DNA of 64,000 nucleotides. Origin: the human T2T-CHM13v2.0 reference genome, Homo sapiens. Made by a program: the position numbers and the translations under genes. The stretch lies in assembly GCF_009914755.1 (NCBI RefSeq), contig NC_060929.1; one strand, written 5' to 3'. Below are positions 29,783-43,120 of the stretch, piece by piece. Numbering within the stretch: the stretch's first letter is position 1; each line of letters starts with the position of its first letter. Under the pieces are notes generated by a model. That model saw only the letters and a program-made list of their open reading frames with translations. It did not search any database and was not told the origin of the DNA.

Positions 29783-30257
29783 CCACACATGCATACATAT
29801 GTTCATTGCAGCACTGTTCCCAATAGGAAAGACATGCAATCAACCTAAATACTCATCAACAGTTGACAAGATAAAGAAAATGTGGTACAGATACACCATG
29901 GAATACTCCACAGCCATAAAAAAGAATGAGATTGTGTCCCTTGCAGCAACATGGATGCAGCTGGAGGCCATTATGCTCAGCAAACTAACACAAGAACACA
30001 AAACCAAATACCACATGTTCTCACTTATAAATGGAAGCTAAACATTGAGTACATATGGACACAAAGAAGAGAACAAGAGACACCAGGGCCTACTTGAGGG
30101 TGGAGGTCAAGAGGAGGGTAAGCATCAAAAAACTACCTGTCGAGTACTATCCTTATTACCTAGTTGATGAAATAATCCGGTCACCAAACACGCAGTTTTT
30201 CTACATAACGAACCTGTACATATAACCCTAAACCTAAAATAAAAGTTAAAAAAAAAA
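29783..30257 (+). mobile_element. Second L1PA15/16-like 3' end (ORF2 C-terminus, 3' UTR, poly(A))
   Basis: ORF 29799-30041 MFIAALF...KKMWYRYTMEY...HMFSLINGS, then 3' UTR and A tail. Confidence 0.9.
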
Positions 30258-30945
30258 TCGGGGGTGGGGGTGGATCTGGTTAAGTACCATCCTGAAATCT
30301 GAAATTCCAGATTCCCCTGTACCCACTGGGCCTACAGAAGTGACCTGACCCTTTTTGTTAAAAGATCATACTGCTCCTGCCTGAAGACAATACAGAGGCT
30401 TCAAATGAGGCAGGTACCTTTATAGGATCATTTCCTCCTAACATTCCAACAGACAATGAGGGTTAAATCCCAGTACAGTTCAGCTTCACAGTGAGAAAAA
30501 GAACACATACACCATAATAGCTATAAGACCTAGAAAACATATATTTACAGGAACTACGAGAATATGCATGAGGCTGGAACCTAAGGGGTTATAACATAAA
30601 TTTGATACATTAGTTTTTTAATATATAGTAGTAGTAGTGGTATCCTACCATAAAGCTTTAAAAGACTGTTAAGAACCCCATAATACAGAACATAAACACT
30701 GCTAGGTTGGCTGTTGGAACTTGAAAACAAACAAACAAAAACAAACAAAACATGGCTCCGAATAAGTGAAATAGAAATGTCAGAACCATCATGGCCAACA
30801 GCAAAGAAAACATTAACAGGGCCAGAGAAGTGGCCATGGTAGAGTGTGTACGTAAGGCTGGAAAACCCACTAACACACTGTGCTTCAAAAGAGGGCCCAG
30901 AGGACATGCTTCACAAACTTAATAAGAAATTCCCTGGTGAGAAGA

Positions 30946-31494
30946 TGTATTGTAAATATGTATATATTTTTAATTTTTCCATGCATTGATGTTTTAACAT
31001 CTTTAAGAACTTTCTAGCTGTTGAGAGACTTGGTAGCCAATTCTTAAAAATAACAAAAGGCACAACCAGGACCATGTCATTAATATGCAAACTCAGCAAC
31101 CCAGAGCCATGTCTTCTCTATGTGGCCTGTACACACTAGAGGGTAATATTTCTCAGTCTTAATCACCCCAGGACCAGGCAACAGGAAACACTGCCACAGC
31201 CTAAAGCCGGCTAAAATTATTCAGGCTAGCCAATCCTAAACTGTTCACCCTGCCCTGACTTGTGTTTTTCTTAGAAACACCAATGAAGTCAATGGCCTAA
31301 TCCTTCCCCTTGCTCCTATCTTCTGTCCCCTGACCACACTGGTGTCTTTCCCCATATGGCACCACAGGGCATGCTTTGTCTTCTGTCTCTAGGATCTGGG
31401 AGTATAATAAACTTTGTTTTTTTCCTGAGCCTCTCCTCTGTCTCCTCTTTTGATCACACCTATCTGACTATTCCACAAAAAGAATTACAAAACA
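30946..31494 (+). mobile_element. ERVL-type solo LTR (MER74/MER73/LTR53-like) inserted in the gag remnant
   Basis: tg...ca termini; ctagccaatcctaaactgttcaccctgccctg motif; aataaa at ~31405; gag reading resumes afterwards. Confidence 0.6.
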
Positions 31495-33196
31495 CAGCAA
31501 TGCCAACATCATAGCAAACCACAAGGGTAACTGTCTTTTGTAGGTCAGGTTCAGTGGTGGAGATGCTGTTTCAGGAATGGGTTCCCTGGGAGCAATGAAG
31601 CTGATAAGGATCTCATAATAATAGAGACCACTGGTTGCACTTAAACATCAAGGTACGTGCAATCATCAGGATGCACAGCAAGACTAGAATGGCAGTAGAG
31701 GGATATAACCTGAAGAGCTAGGGAACAAGATGTTCCTAACACCTGGCCCCATCTCTGAACTCAGTATTAATGAAGAAATTATTGGTGACTCACTTTTATG
31801 CAACTTGGATGTGAAGGAACACAGCCTTAGTCTAGTGGGCAGGGCCATCACAAGTAAGAACCCAGTATTTCTACTGACAACAAATCCACCCAAAGTTTCC
31901 ATACTTCCCTGGTTCTGAAAACCCTGGGAGCATAGCAATATACTGATAGTCAGTTATGAGTCCAAGAGGGCTTAATCCAGGGCATCCACTTATTCCTGTG
32001 TGGTGTGGTGACGAGATTACCACTGTGAGGAACTCCTTCCTATAGGAAATACTCAGTTTCTGGAAGTGAAGGATATAGAAAGGGAATGAGAGAACCATAA
32101 TAAGCTTTGGTATTTTACTATTGCATCCAACAGAAGAGGGTCTTATTTTCAAGATTATGTATGTTCAAAGTATTCAATTGGTTTTTCTCATCTGTGTTAA
32201 AAAATCAGAGCATTTGAATCAAAACTGGATTGTACAAGTATGATGTCATAAATGTATTGATATGACTGATGTTTCCTATAGTCCGCAAAACAAGGTAGAG
32301 TCTCAGTAAAAATTTCTTGAAAAAATAGCTAAGAAAATCAAAATTAAAGACTAATGAAGATTTTGTTTTATACTTATGTTTAGTTTTAACTTGGCTTTTA
32401 TATTTTTAAAATGTATATTTATTTTCATATAAATCACCATATGTCAGCAAAGTGATAAGATGGCTTATGAAAATGTAATAAATCATTTCTCATTAAGTTT
32501 CTAGACATAATGCAATTCAATAGTTTTTTTAAAAAAACATCCTTATTGAGTTTAGTGTTCATGATTTATTTTTTAAAAATGATTAATATCGGGTGTCATT
32601 AGAAACCCAGAATAGTATGTTGTATATTTTAATATGTTAGTATATATACTATTAATCTTTCTCAAATTGAGAAATGCATTTAGTTTTATTTTACGCTTTA
32701 AATTTTATTATAATTATAAATTTTATCACATTTTAACAGACTTTTGCAATTTCTCTAAATATTTTTTACAGTTTACATTTATAAAATCTTTATTCTAATA
32801 GTCTAGAGTTGTGCCTTTTCTTAGACAATAATGTCTACATAATAGAAAAAAAAATTCATTTTATCTTGGTTTCTAAAAAGCTTAAAGTCAACCTTGGTAC
32901 TCAATTGCTGCTTTTAGCCTCTGTCTATATTTTTTTGGCACAAGTATATCCTTGATTTAATATGAATCTTCCTCTTTTAGCTTCATTTTAATGATTTATT
33001 GTATAAAGTACCTCAGCTCTTACATTGATTTCAATGTATTATAAATAACAAAGGAAAATAAATCAACTACTTGTCTTTTTCTTTCCTCTGAGAAATTGTA
33101 TCTATTAGAAATAATAAAATTATGAATTTAGATAAATAAAATGCATCATGGAGCAAGGATGATTTTCAGAAGCTCAGAGTTCTAAATTTGTTAATT

Positions 33197-33518
<322 letters not shown>

Positions 33519-33821
33519 TAAATTTGTTAATTATAAGCTAACCCTGAATTAGTTACTGGCAAACAGGGAAGATCAATTAGTGAATTCATGAATGAAGTTG
33601 ACAATAAGGTGACACACGCTTTCTGTTCATTGAAGGTCTGTAACGAATTGTAATATATGATTACTTAATAGTATATTTTGCTTCTGTGCAAAATTTGTAA
33701 CTATCATATCTTAACTACATTGCCCTCATATTCCTCAATATATGTTTCAATTATTTAACCTCACCTCTGCGGGCCAGAGTCCTCTTCTGGAATCAGCTGT
33801 CACAACCTGCAACTTTTTCTC

Positions 33822-36034
33822 TGTTATCGACTAAATGTTTATATCCCATTCCTATGTTGAAACCTAATCCCCAATATGATGGTATTTGGAAGTGGGGCCT
33901 TGGGGAGCTCACTAAGTAATTAAAGCACAAGATGACAGTCTATGAACCTGGAAGTAAGCCCTCACCAGATACTGAACCTGACTGCACTTTGATATAGAAC
34001 TTGATGCCCTCTAGAACTATGAGAAATGTCTGTTATTTATAAGCCACCCAGTCTATGGTAATTTGTTATGAACTAAAGCTGAAAATTGGTACCAAGAAGT
34101 AAGAGTGCTGCTCTCACAAACGCCTAAAAACATGGAAGTGGCTATGGAGCTGAATACTGAGTAGAGGCTAGACAAGTTTTGAGGAACATGCTAGAAAAAG
34201 CCTACATTGTTATGCATGGGATCAGTACGGTAATTTTGGTGAGGGCTCAGAAAAAAACGCAGGAGCTCTAGAGAAAGCATCAACCTTCTTAGAGAATGCT
34301 GAATGAATCATGAACAGACTGTTGAGAGTAATATGGATGGTAAAGGCCATTATGAGGAGATCTCAGGCAAAAATGATAAACATTTTATTGGAAATAGGAG
34401 AAAATGCTATTTTTGTTATATAGTGACAAAGAACTTGGCTGAATTATAATATGTTTGTGTTCTAGTGTTTTATGGAAGGTAGAATAAAACTGGATATTTA
34501 GCTTATGTTATTTCTAAGGACAGTGTTAAAGGTGCAGCTTGGCTCTTCCTGATGTTTGGTAGTAAAATGTGAGAAGAAAGAAATGACTTACAGATAAAAT
34601 TGTTATGCTAAAAGGAAATCAAACCTGAAGATTTGGGTAATTCTCAGTCTATCCATATTCCAAAAATGAGAAAGAACATTACAAAGAGAACAGTGAGGGT
34701 GTGGCCAAGACTGATTTGATAATGTAATTAGTATGGTGTGAACCACAAGTCTAATCATCCATCTCAACAGAAGCCAGTTATTATTTTTCAAGACAAAAGT
34801 AGAATGACTCCAAAGGTGATTCAGAGATTATCAGGCCTGTTCCTTTATTTCCAAAAGTGAAAACCATTATGTCAATTTCAACAGGCCAGATGGCCTCTTC
34901 CCAGAAAAGTGGGAGCAGGGTCATCCAGAGCTTTAGGGGACCTATCCCTGACTGACAAAACTGTGGGGCCCAGGCAAAAAGCCAATGTGGGGGCCAGCCT
35001 CTGTGGCTCGTGCCTGTAATCCCAGCTCTTTGGGAGGCTGAAGCAGGAAGACAACTTGGGGCCAGGAATTTGAGACCAGGCTGGCCAACATGACAAAACC
35101 CCATCTCTACTAAAAATACAAAAATTAGCCAGGCACGGTGGTGCACACCTGTAGTCCCAGCTGCTTGGGATGCTGAGGCACAAGAATCACTTGACCCTTG
35201 GAGGTGGAAGTTGCAGTGAGCCAAGATCATGCCACTGCTCTCCAGTATAGGTGACAGAGCAAGACCCTGTTTCAGAAAAAAGAAAGAAAACCACTGTGGA
35301 CCTTCCCAGTGAGCCAGGGGTGGCGGGGGTTGTGAAATCACCACCCTGATAGGCCTGGAGGGCAGACCATCAAGCCAAAGAGGATTATTCTTGAGCTGTA
35401 AGAACTCACGGAGTTTGTCCCATACTCTGGACTTGCTTGGGATCTGTTACCTCTATATGTTTTTCTATTTCTTCCTGTTGGAATGAGAATGTCTCTCCTA
35501 TCCCTTCTATCCCTCTACTCTCACCAATATCTTATTTAGATGATATTTGAATGAGTTGTTGAACTTTAGACTTCAGATTTGATGCTGCAATGAGTTAAGA
35601 CTTTTGGGGCTGTTGAGATGGCATGAATATAGTTTGCATGTGAGAAGGACCTGGATTTAGGGAGGCCATGGGTGGAACAGTATAGAATAAATGTTTGTGT
35701 CCCCCAAATTTATATGTTGAAACATACTACTCAATGTGATGGTATTTGGAGGTGGGACCTTTGGGAGTGATTAGATCATATGAATGGGGCAATCATGAGT
35801 GGGATTAGTTCCTTTATAGAAGAAACCCCAGAGAGCTTCCTTGACACTTTCAGCACATGAGGACACAGCCAAAGGATGACAGTTTATAAATCATAATCAG
35901 GCTCTCATGAGATATCTGTCAATGATTTGCCTAGGACTTAACTAGCATCCAGATCTGTGAGAAATAAATTTCTATTATTTATAAACCACCTGCTATATTG
36001 TAATTTGTTAGAGCAACTCAAAAAGACCAAGACA
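33822..36034 (+). mobile_element. MLT1A-type MaLR provirus: 5' LTR (~33822-34078), internal region, 3' LTR (~35679-36034)
   Basis: Two homologous LTRs (atgttgaaac...tgatggtatttgga(a/g)gtggg), internal region starts gaaaattggtacc; TSD ttctc/tactc. Confidence 0.85.
34992..35290 (+). mobile_element. AluJ (Jb-like) inside the MLT1A internal region
   Basis: Diverged full-length Alu; degenerate TSD aaa(g/a)cca(a/c)tgtgg. Confidence 0.92.
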
Positions 36035-36408
36035 TACTCTTCCCTTAAGTACTCCCATCCTTCTATAAAATTTTGTAGAATTTTACAGAATTCTACCCTC
36101 TACCCTCCCCCGCTTACTTAGGAACAAAGAGATTTATTATGGAAAATTATATGCCTACACCATTGCTATACATAGTGAAAAGGTGTACTCTATGTTAGGT
36201 CTCCAGGCAAAGCTTCCAGAATTAACTACAGGTAAGATTGTTTGCAGAAACTATTGCTCCTATCACAAATAGAATATTGGAAAACAAGACTTCAGTCTAT
36301 AAGGACACCTATAGCTGTAGTCTAGGAATCAGTAATTAGCCATAACTACTTTTCAATATTCCCAAATTAAGACAGGACACAGAGCACTGCTGTAGAAAAA
36401 GTGAGCTA

Positions 36409-36741
<333 letters not shown>

Positions 36742-36804
36742 GAAAAAGTAAGCTACTCCACATCAGAATAAAAAATTAAAGCTGTAGAAAAATATCCTCT
36801 GCTT

Positions 36805-36880
36805 ACGTATACATATGTAACAAACCTGCATGTTGTGCACATGTACCCTAGAACTTGAAGTATATTAAAAAGGAAAAGGA
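36805..36880 (+). mobile_element. Extremely 5'-truncated L1PA (76 bp)
   Basis: gtatacatatgtaacaaacctgcatgttgtgcacatgtaccctagaactt plus A-rich tail; perfect 19-bp TSD agaaaaatatcctctgctt (36786-36804, 36881-36899). Confidence 0.95.
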
Positions 36881-37268
36881 AGAAAAATATCCTCTGCTTT
36901 TTCAGTCATTCAAATCTTGTATGAGCACAGCTAATTAATGCACAGGACTTTACAAGGGGAGCTAGCAAACAAAGTTTCTCGTTTTTATTTTATTTTTACA
37001 CTCTCAGACTCCACAGAACAGGAAGACATGCAAGGAGGATGGAGAGGGTGTTATTTTCTGTTCACCAGCTCCACTCTACCTACTACAGACCTGCCTATGC
37101 TAGGTGTTATTGAGACAATTGGTTAATTAGTGAGTGTGGTAATTATAGTGTTTCATTTTCTCTGCAAACACCTATTTTTGAAAATTTTAGTGTTTTTGGA
37201 AGATTCATATTTATATCTATTCTTTAAAACTGGAGATAAACTGGCTTAAATCACACATACCTATAATA

Positions 37269-38045
37269 AAAATGCTCACCATCACTGGCCATCAGAGAAA
37301 TGCAAATCAAAACCACAATGAGATACCATCTCACACCAGTTAGAATGGCAATCATTCAAAAGTCAGGAAACAACAGGTGCTGGAGAGGATATGGAGAAAT
37401 AGGAACACTTTTACACTGTTGGTGGGACTGTAAACTAGTTCAACCATTGTGGAAGTCAGTGTGGCGATTCCTCATGGATCTAGAACTAGAAATACCATTT
37501 GATCCAGCCATCCCATTACTGGGTATATACCCAAAGGACTATAAATCATGCTGCTATAAAGACACATGCACACGTATGTTTATTGCAGGTCTATTCACAA
37601 TAGCAAAGACTTGGAAACGACCCAAATGTTCAACAATGATAGACTGGATTAAGAAAATGTGGCACATACACACCATGGAATACTACGCAGCCATAAAAAA
37701 TGATGAGTTCACGTCCTTTTTAGGGACATGGATGAAATTGAAAATTATCATTCTCAGTAAACTATCGCAAGAACAAAAAACCAAACACCACATCTTCTCA
37801 CTCATAGGTGGGAATTGAACAATGAGAACACATGGACACAGGAAGGGGAACATCACACTCTGGGGACTGTTGTGGGGTGGGCGGAGGGGGGAGGGGGGAG
37901 GGATAGCATTAGGAGATATACCTAATGCTAAATGACGAGTTAATGGGTGCAGCATACCAGCATGGCACATGTATACATATGTAACTAACCTGCACATTGT
38001 GCACATGTACCCTAAAACTTAAAGTATAATAATAATTTTTAAAAA
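37269..38045 (+). mobile_element. Young L1PA2/3-like 3' fragment (ORF2 C-terminal 172 aa open, 3' UTR)
   Basis: ORF 37300-37818 [19 protein letters not shown]...HIFSLIGGN is L1 ORF2p C-terminus; gtaactaacctgcac 3' UTR variant. Confidence 0.97.
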
Positions 38046-38134
38046 GTAACAAAGAAAGGTGCTGAGAAAAGGACAAGGGTATAAAATGGAAAGCATGCCT
38101 GTTAGGAAGAGAAGAGATAAGATAAAATTAAGTC

Positions 38135-38615
38135 AGAGTGGCAGTTGGGAAAAGGTGGTATTTTCAATAAATGGTGCTGAGTCAGTTGGATGTCCATATA
38201 GAAAACAAAATTGTATTTTGACCCCAGTTTACACCAGATATAAAAATCAATCACAGACAGATTGAAGATCTAAATGTGTGACAGGCAAAACAATAACTTC
38301 TGGATGAAAATATAGGAGAATATCCTTGTGACTTTAAGCGGGACAACGTTTTCTTAAATAAGACACAAATAAAATGCTAATCATAAAAATAAAAAATACA
38401 TTGTAATATATTGAAATTATAGATTTTTGCTTATCAAAAGTTAGAGTGAAAAAGCAACCAATGGAGTAAAAGAAGTATTTGCAATATATACATCTGATAA
38501 AGGATTCATGTATAGAATATATTTCTTTTAAACTGACAGACTGGCAAAAGAAAGGAGAAAACACTTCAGAAAACATTATGCAAGTGGAAAATAAACATGT
38601 AAAATGTGAGCAACA
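38135..38615 (+). mobile_element. Old L1M (L1MD/ME-like) ORF2 3' remnant
   Basis: ttttcaataaatggtgctg...acaccagatataaaaatcaa...gattgaagatctaaatgtg. Confidence 0.75.
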
Positions 38616-38904
38616 CAGACAAAATGTAAATTTATATGTGTGTTTATATATGTATCCAATAAACAATTATTTTTAAAGTCAAGTGTTTTAGTACATCCTC
38701 ATATATTCATGCATGCTGGAATTCAGTTATCACAGATAGAATTAAACTCTGTAACCATCCTATGAAGGGAGAGTTTCAACATAATTTGTTATTTATGTTG
38801 ATTTGAGCAAATAAATAATCTTTTCTGAATATTCTTGTTTAGCTATTAAGATATTCTGAATCCCAAGGTCTTCAGCTAGGTTCTCTAAGACCAGAGTCAA
38901 AAAT

Positions 38905-39490
38905 TCAGTGTGGCGATTCCTCAGGGATCTAGAACAAGAAATACCATTTGACCCAGCCATCCCATTACTGGGTATATACCCAAAGGATTATAAATCATGC
39001 TGCTATAAAGACACATGCACATGTATGTTTACTGCAGCACTATTCACAATAGCAAATACTTGGAACCAACCCAAATGTCCACCAATGATAGACTGGATTA
39101 AGAAAATGTGGCACATATACACCATGGAATACTATGCAGCCATAAAAATGGATGAGTTTATGTCCTTTGTAGGGACATGGATGAAGCTGGAAACCATCAT
39201 TCTCAACAAACTATTGCAAGGACAAAAAACCAAACACCACATGTTCTCGCTCATAGGTGGGAACTGAACAATGAGAACACATGGACACAGGAAGGGGAAC
39301 ATCACACACTGGGGCCTGTTTTGGGGTAGGGGGAGCGGGGAGGGATAGCATTTGGAGATATACCTAATGTTAAATGACGAGTTAATGGATGCAGCACACG
39401 AACATGGCCCATGTATATATATGTAACAAACCTGTACGTTGTACACATATACCCTAAAACTTAAAAGTATAATAATAAAAAAAAAGAAAA
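38905..39490 (+). mobile_element. Young L1PA3-5-like 3' fragment
   Basis: ORF 38908-39267 [24 protein letters not shown]...FSLIGGN; 3' UTR; poly(A); short TSD aaaaattc. Confidence 0.97.
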
Positions 39491-39769
39491 AAAAATTCTA
39501 ACCCATAAAATCAGAATTGAATTCATGAGGATTACGCATGAGGGACAAATGCTTCTTGTTGTGTAGCTTTAACAAAGCAAAAAAAAAAAAAAAATTCCAA
39601 GCATCTTATTAAAATTGTGGAGGCCAAATATATTGAGATAATATAAATGAAAGAAATGAAATTGGATTAGTTTCTTGGTATTTTAATAAACATAAGATAT
39701 TTTCACAGGTTTTATAATTACTCATGACCTTAATTATTTTAACTTATATTTCTCATAAGACTTTATCTT

Positions 39770-39827
39770 CTTCCTGTGTACAGCTTGTTACTTCCTATGT
39801 ACAGTTGTTACTTCCTGTATACAGGAA
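39770..39827. repeat. Short tandem repeat, ~2.7 copies of a ~21-bp unit
   Basis: cttcctgtgtacagcttgtta / cttcctatgtacagttgtta / cttcctgtatacaggaa. Confidence 0.85.
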
Positions 39828-40129
39828 CTTAATCCTAAAAGTTTAGGAAGAGAAAGCATATATTTTCTTATACCCATGTCAAATCATTCAGTAAAAAGTG
39901 GTCAATGAGGTTATACTAAAATTATAAATAATATAATATACTGAGGAATAGAATTATGGACAAAAGAATCACAGATATAATAATATGCATTGGAAAGAGA
40001 AAAAGGGAAAGTACTAACTTTGAAAATATATAGCAAACACATACAATGAGTCAAGCAGCATTCTAGCATTTGGAAAATTTCTGAGCATAAAACAAAGGTA
40101 TCCTGACCAAATGGATTTTCTACCTTTTC

Positions 40130-40290
40130 AAGATGATTTAGTGGTTACGTTAACAAGTGGCTTTGCTGGACCCTCTGGGTCTGAATCTTAGTTCTTACCT
40201 CTACTAGCTGTAGGACTTTGTGTAAATTATTTAATCTTTCTATATCTAAGTTTACTTATCTGAAAAGTAGGGAGAATAATCATACTTCAT
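40130..40290 (+). mobile_element. MIR
   Basis: agtggtta...ctgggtctgaatcttagttcttacctctactagctgtaggactttgtgtaaattatttaatctttct...tatctgaaaa MIR core. Confidence 0.75.
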
Positions 40291-41698
40291 TACTTAAACA
40301 TTTGTGTTCCTTAATATTTTTTAAGTGTCACTTAATGAAAACACATTTTAATTTTGTAGGATGATGTACAGTACAAATAATTTATAAAATAGCATTTTAT
40401 AATAAAATAATATAAACCATATTAGTTACATGAGATTGAATTTTACTGAAGTTAAAAATATCTAACGTTTTTATAAATTAAAAGCAATTTGGTCATTTAT
40501 GGGCTTTTCTTCTTACAGCTCCATATTCGTACTTTGTCTGAATCTTTCTTTGCAGCTAAATAAAAAGCTTCCAGATTTCCAAAGCCATATCTTTTTTCAT
40601 GGCTGCATTTCAAATGTCTGGCCTTTAACCTTAGACACAAGTTTTTGCTCAATAAATATTAGTTAAATGAAAAAACGAGAGTAAGAAAGAGATTAAATTA
40701 ATATATGCAGTTAATGGACACCCACCTTTATACTATTTACCTTAATTGACCATTTTAGAGTCAGGATATTTTAGAGAAGCCAGTGAATGAATGCCATACC
40801 AAAATATATGTCAAACATGATGAAGAATAAAAATGTCCTGACTAATAAATGTAAATGTACAAAACAGGACTTTCTTAGAAATATTTATTTTTGAAACCTC
40901 GGAGCTATGTCTAAACTTATTGGAACATACCATCTTTTTAATAGTCATACCGAAGTGTGATGGTGGGCTAAGAACACTTCATCATTCCAGGCTCAGGATG
41001 ACACTGAGAAAGCTGGTCCATTTAGCAAGCAGCAAGTCAATTAAGCCTTTAATGATTGAGAAGATCTGTGCAAGAGATTAGTCAATCTTGCAGATTAATC
41101 AACAAATGATAATAGGCTTTAGCTCTTCAAGAAAAAAGCTCAGCCATTGGAACAAAGCTATTCTCTCAGTAAACAAGAAAGCAGACAGATGTTAATTCAA
41201 GTTTTGTTTCTTCTCATGTAGTATATGAAGTATATATAGCAATAACTGGGTTCAGGCAATCAGTCAACGAGAAGGGCTGATATGTATGAAAAATGCACAG
41301 TCTCCCTTAAAATTTAATCAGGTTTTCTTTTTAAAAGCTTACAAAATCAGGAAGAAAAATAGTGGTGCATTTATGTACCTCTGGCAATTGCTAAACGATT
41401 GTCTATTTTTGAAGATACTTGGTCACAAGCTACTGGAGAGTAGGGTGAAGGGGAGAGGGAGGTTTTACATATTTCCCAGGAGTGACAAGCCACAGGATTT
41501 TTCACACTTCGCATAACTTGCATCTAGACTATACACATAACTTCAGCTGGTATTAGAAAGTTCATTAAATTTGTGTTATCACTAATTTTTAATATTCAGT
41601 GAATAAAATAATAAATACCTTACACTAGTTCGTTATTTTAAACATTTATTATATGCAAAAGTTGGACTTAGGCAGATTCAGCCAAGTGGAATTAGGCT

Positions 41699-41763
41699 TT
41701 CTGTTTATTTTCTCCCAGTGAATTAAATGTTCTGTTTATTATCTGTTCTCAGTGAATTAAATG
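41699..41763. repeat. Imperfect tandem duplication (~31-34 bp)
   Basis: ttctgtttatt...cagtgaattaaatg occurs twice in tandem. Confidence 0.85.
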
Positions 41764-42199
41764 GTGTCAGTACCCCAGAGAGTTAACAAAAGATGGTTTC
41801 ATTGAAAATGTTACTGAATGATAGTAGTGTTAAAGAGCTCCGTCAAAAGTATATTTGCTTTTCTGGGGAAATAATTTCTAGGGGATAAGTTCTCAGCCTA
41901 CATAGGAGGATTTCATGTCCATTGCTTCCCTGGGACACAGCACCAAGAGTAGAAGGTCCATTCTTCAGAGACAACAGAGAAGGTGTTGAGAGAGTGGCCT
42001 TTTTTAAAAAAAAAAAAATTATAACTTTTAGAATGTGTTGAGATTGTGTTAAACTTTACCTACATAAATATATATAATCATATATACAGCTATACTATAC
42101 AGTTGTGTATATTAATATATTAATAACAATTAATTTATATTAATATAAATTAATTTCTTAGTTTATATATATATTTTCATGATGCTACTTTTAAGGGAA

Positions 42200-42440
42200 C
42201 TAATTTTTATTGAAGTACATATAGAAAAGTTCACAAATCTGAAGTCACAGCTTGATAACTTTTTGGCAAGTGAGCATGTTCCAGTAACTGCCTCACAGAA
42301 CAGGCATTCATTCATTCGATGTAGGCACTTTGAGTGCCTACCAGTTAGGCACTGTGCTACGTACTAGCTAGTATATAATGCTAGTGTGACAAATAAGACA
42401 TCACAGTCCCTGACTTCATGGTATTTGTAATCTACTTAGA
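42200..42440 (-). mobile_element. Adjacent old L1M 3' end (~42200-42300) and L2 3' end (~42305-42440) fragments
   Basis: tttttattgaagtacatatagaaaagttcacaaatc...; cattcattcattc...tttgagtgcctaccagttaggcactgtgcta. Confidence 0.55.
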
Positions 42441-42584
42441 CAATCACAAGTAATTATTGATGATAATAAATAACAACTAGGGCACCAAGATAAAGCTTAA
42501 CAGGCAATACCTACTTTCAGTATTGTGATCAGAGAAGACAAAACCTGCTACATGTGGAGAGAAAGGAAAGGAGAGAATCAGCAC

Positions 42585-43120
42585 AGGTGTTCTGATCTCA
42601 TTTCCTACCTCTCTCCCTTTAATCACTCTGTGGTGCCAGTCATACGGTTTCCTTGCTACTCCTTAATCACAAACAATCTAGTCAAGCTCCTGCTTCAAGA
42701 TTTTTACATATTTTCATTCCTTTATGAAGAATATGCTATTCCTGGAGACTTACATGGTTCAACTCATTTATTTCCTTGGGGTCCAATTCAAATTTTGCCT
42801 TCCTTGGCAGGTCTTCCTTGGCCACTCTGCCTAAAATAACACCCTCAGATCATCCCATACTCACACACACATACAGATACCTCTTCCTAGTTCTCTTTCC
42901 TACTTTATTTTTTTCCTCTGGGCATTGATCACATACTAGTATACTTATGTTATCTAACACAAGATACATTTCACTTTTTTTAATCTTACCTATTGTCTAT
43001 TTCCATTACTAGGATAAAAGCTTCATGAGGTCAGAATTTTATGTTTTTGTCATTGTTGTTGTTTGCAGGTATATCCACAGTGTCAGTGTCTGGCTCGATG
43101 GATAAATATTTATTAATTGT
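42585..43120 (+). mobile_element. L2 3' region
   Basis: tctgatctcatttcctac...ttgtctatttccattactaggataaaagcttcatgagg...ataaatattta. Confidence 0.65.

Larger units (their letters stand above)
29063..32000 (+). mobile_element. HERV16/ERVL-like internal (gag) remnant, interrupted by L1 fragments and a second LTR
   Basis: Gag-like peptides PDSPVPTGPTEV (~30306-30345), ENPLTHCASKEGPED..IRNSLVR (~30860-30945), GDAVSGMGSLGAM (~31559-31598). Confidence 0.7.

Noticed and set aside
37300-37818. 172-aa ORF as a functional gene or active L1
   Set aside because: It is only the ORF2p C-terminus of a 5'-truncated copy, with no promoter, EN or RT
39770-41763. Short direct repeats as a CRISPR-like array
   Set aside because: Only 2-3 adjacent copies, no unique spacers, eukaryotic context
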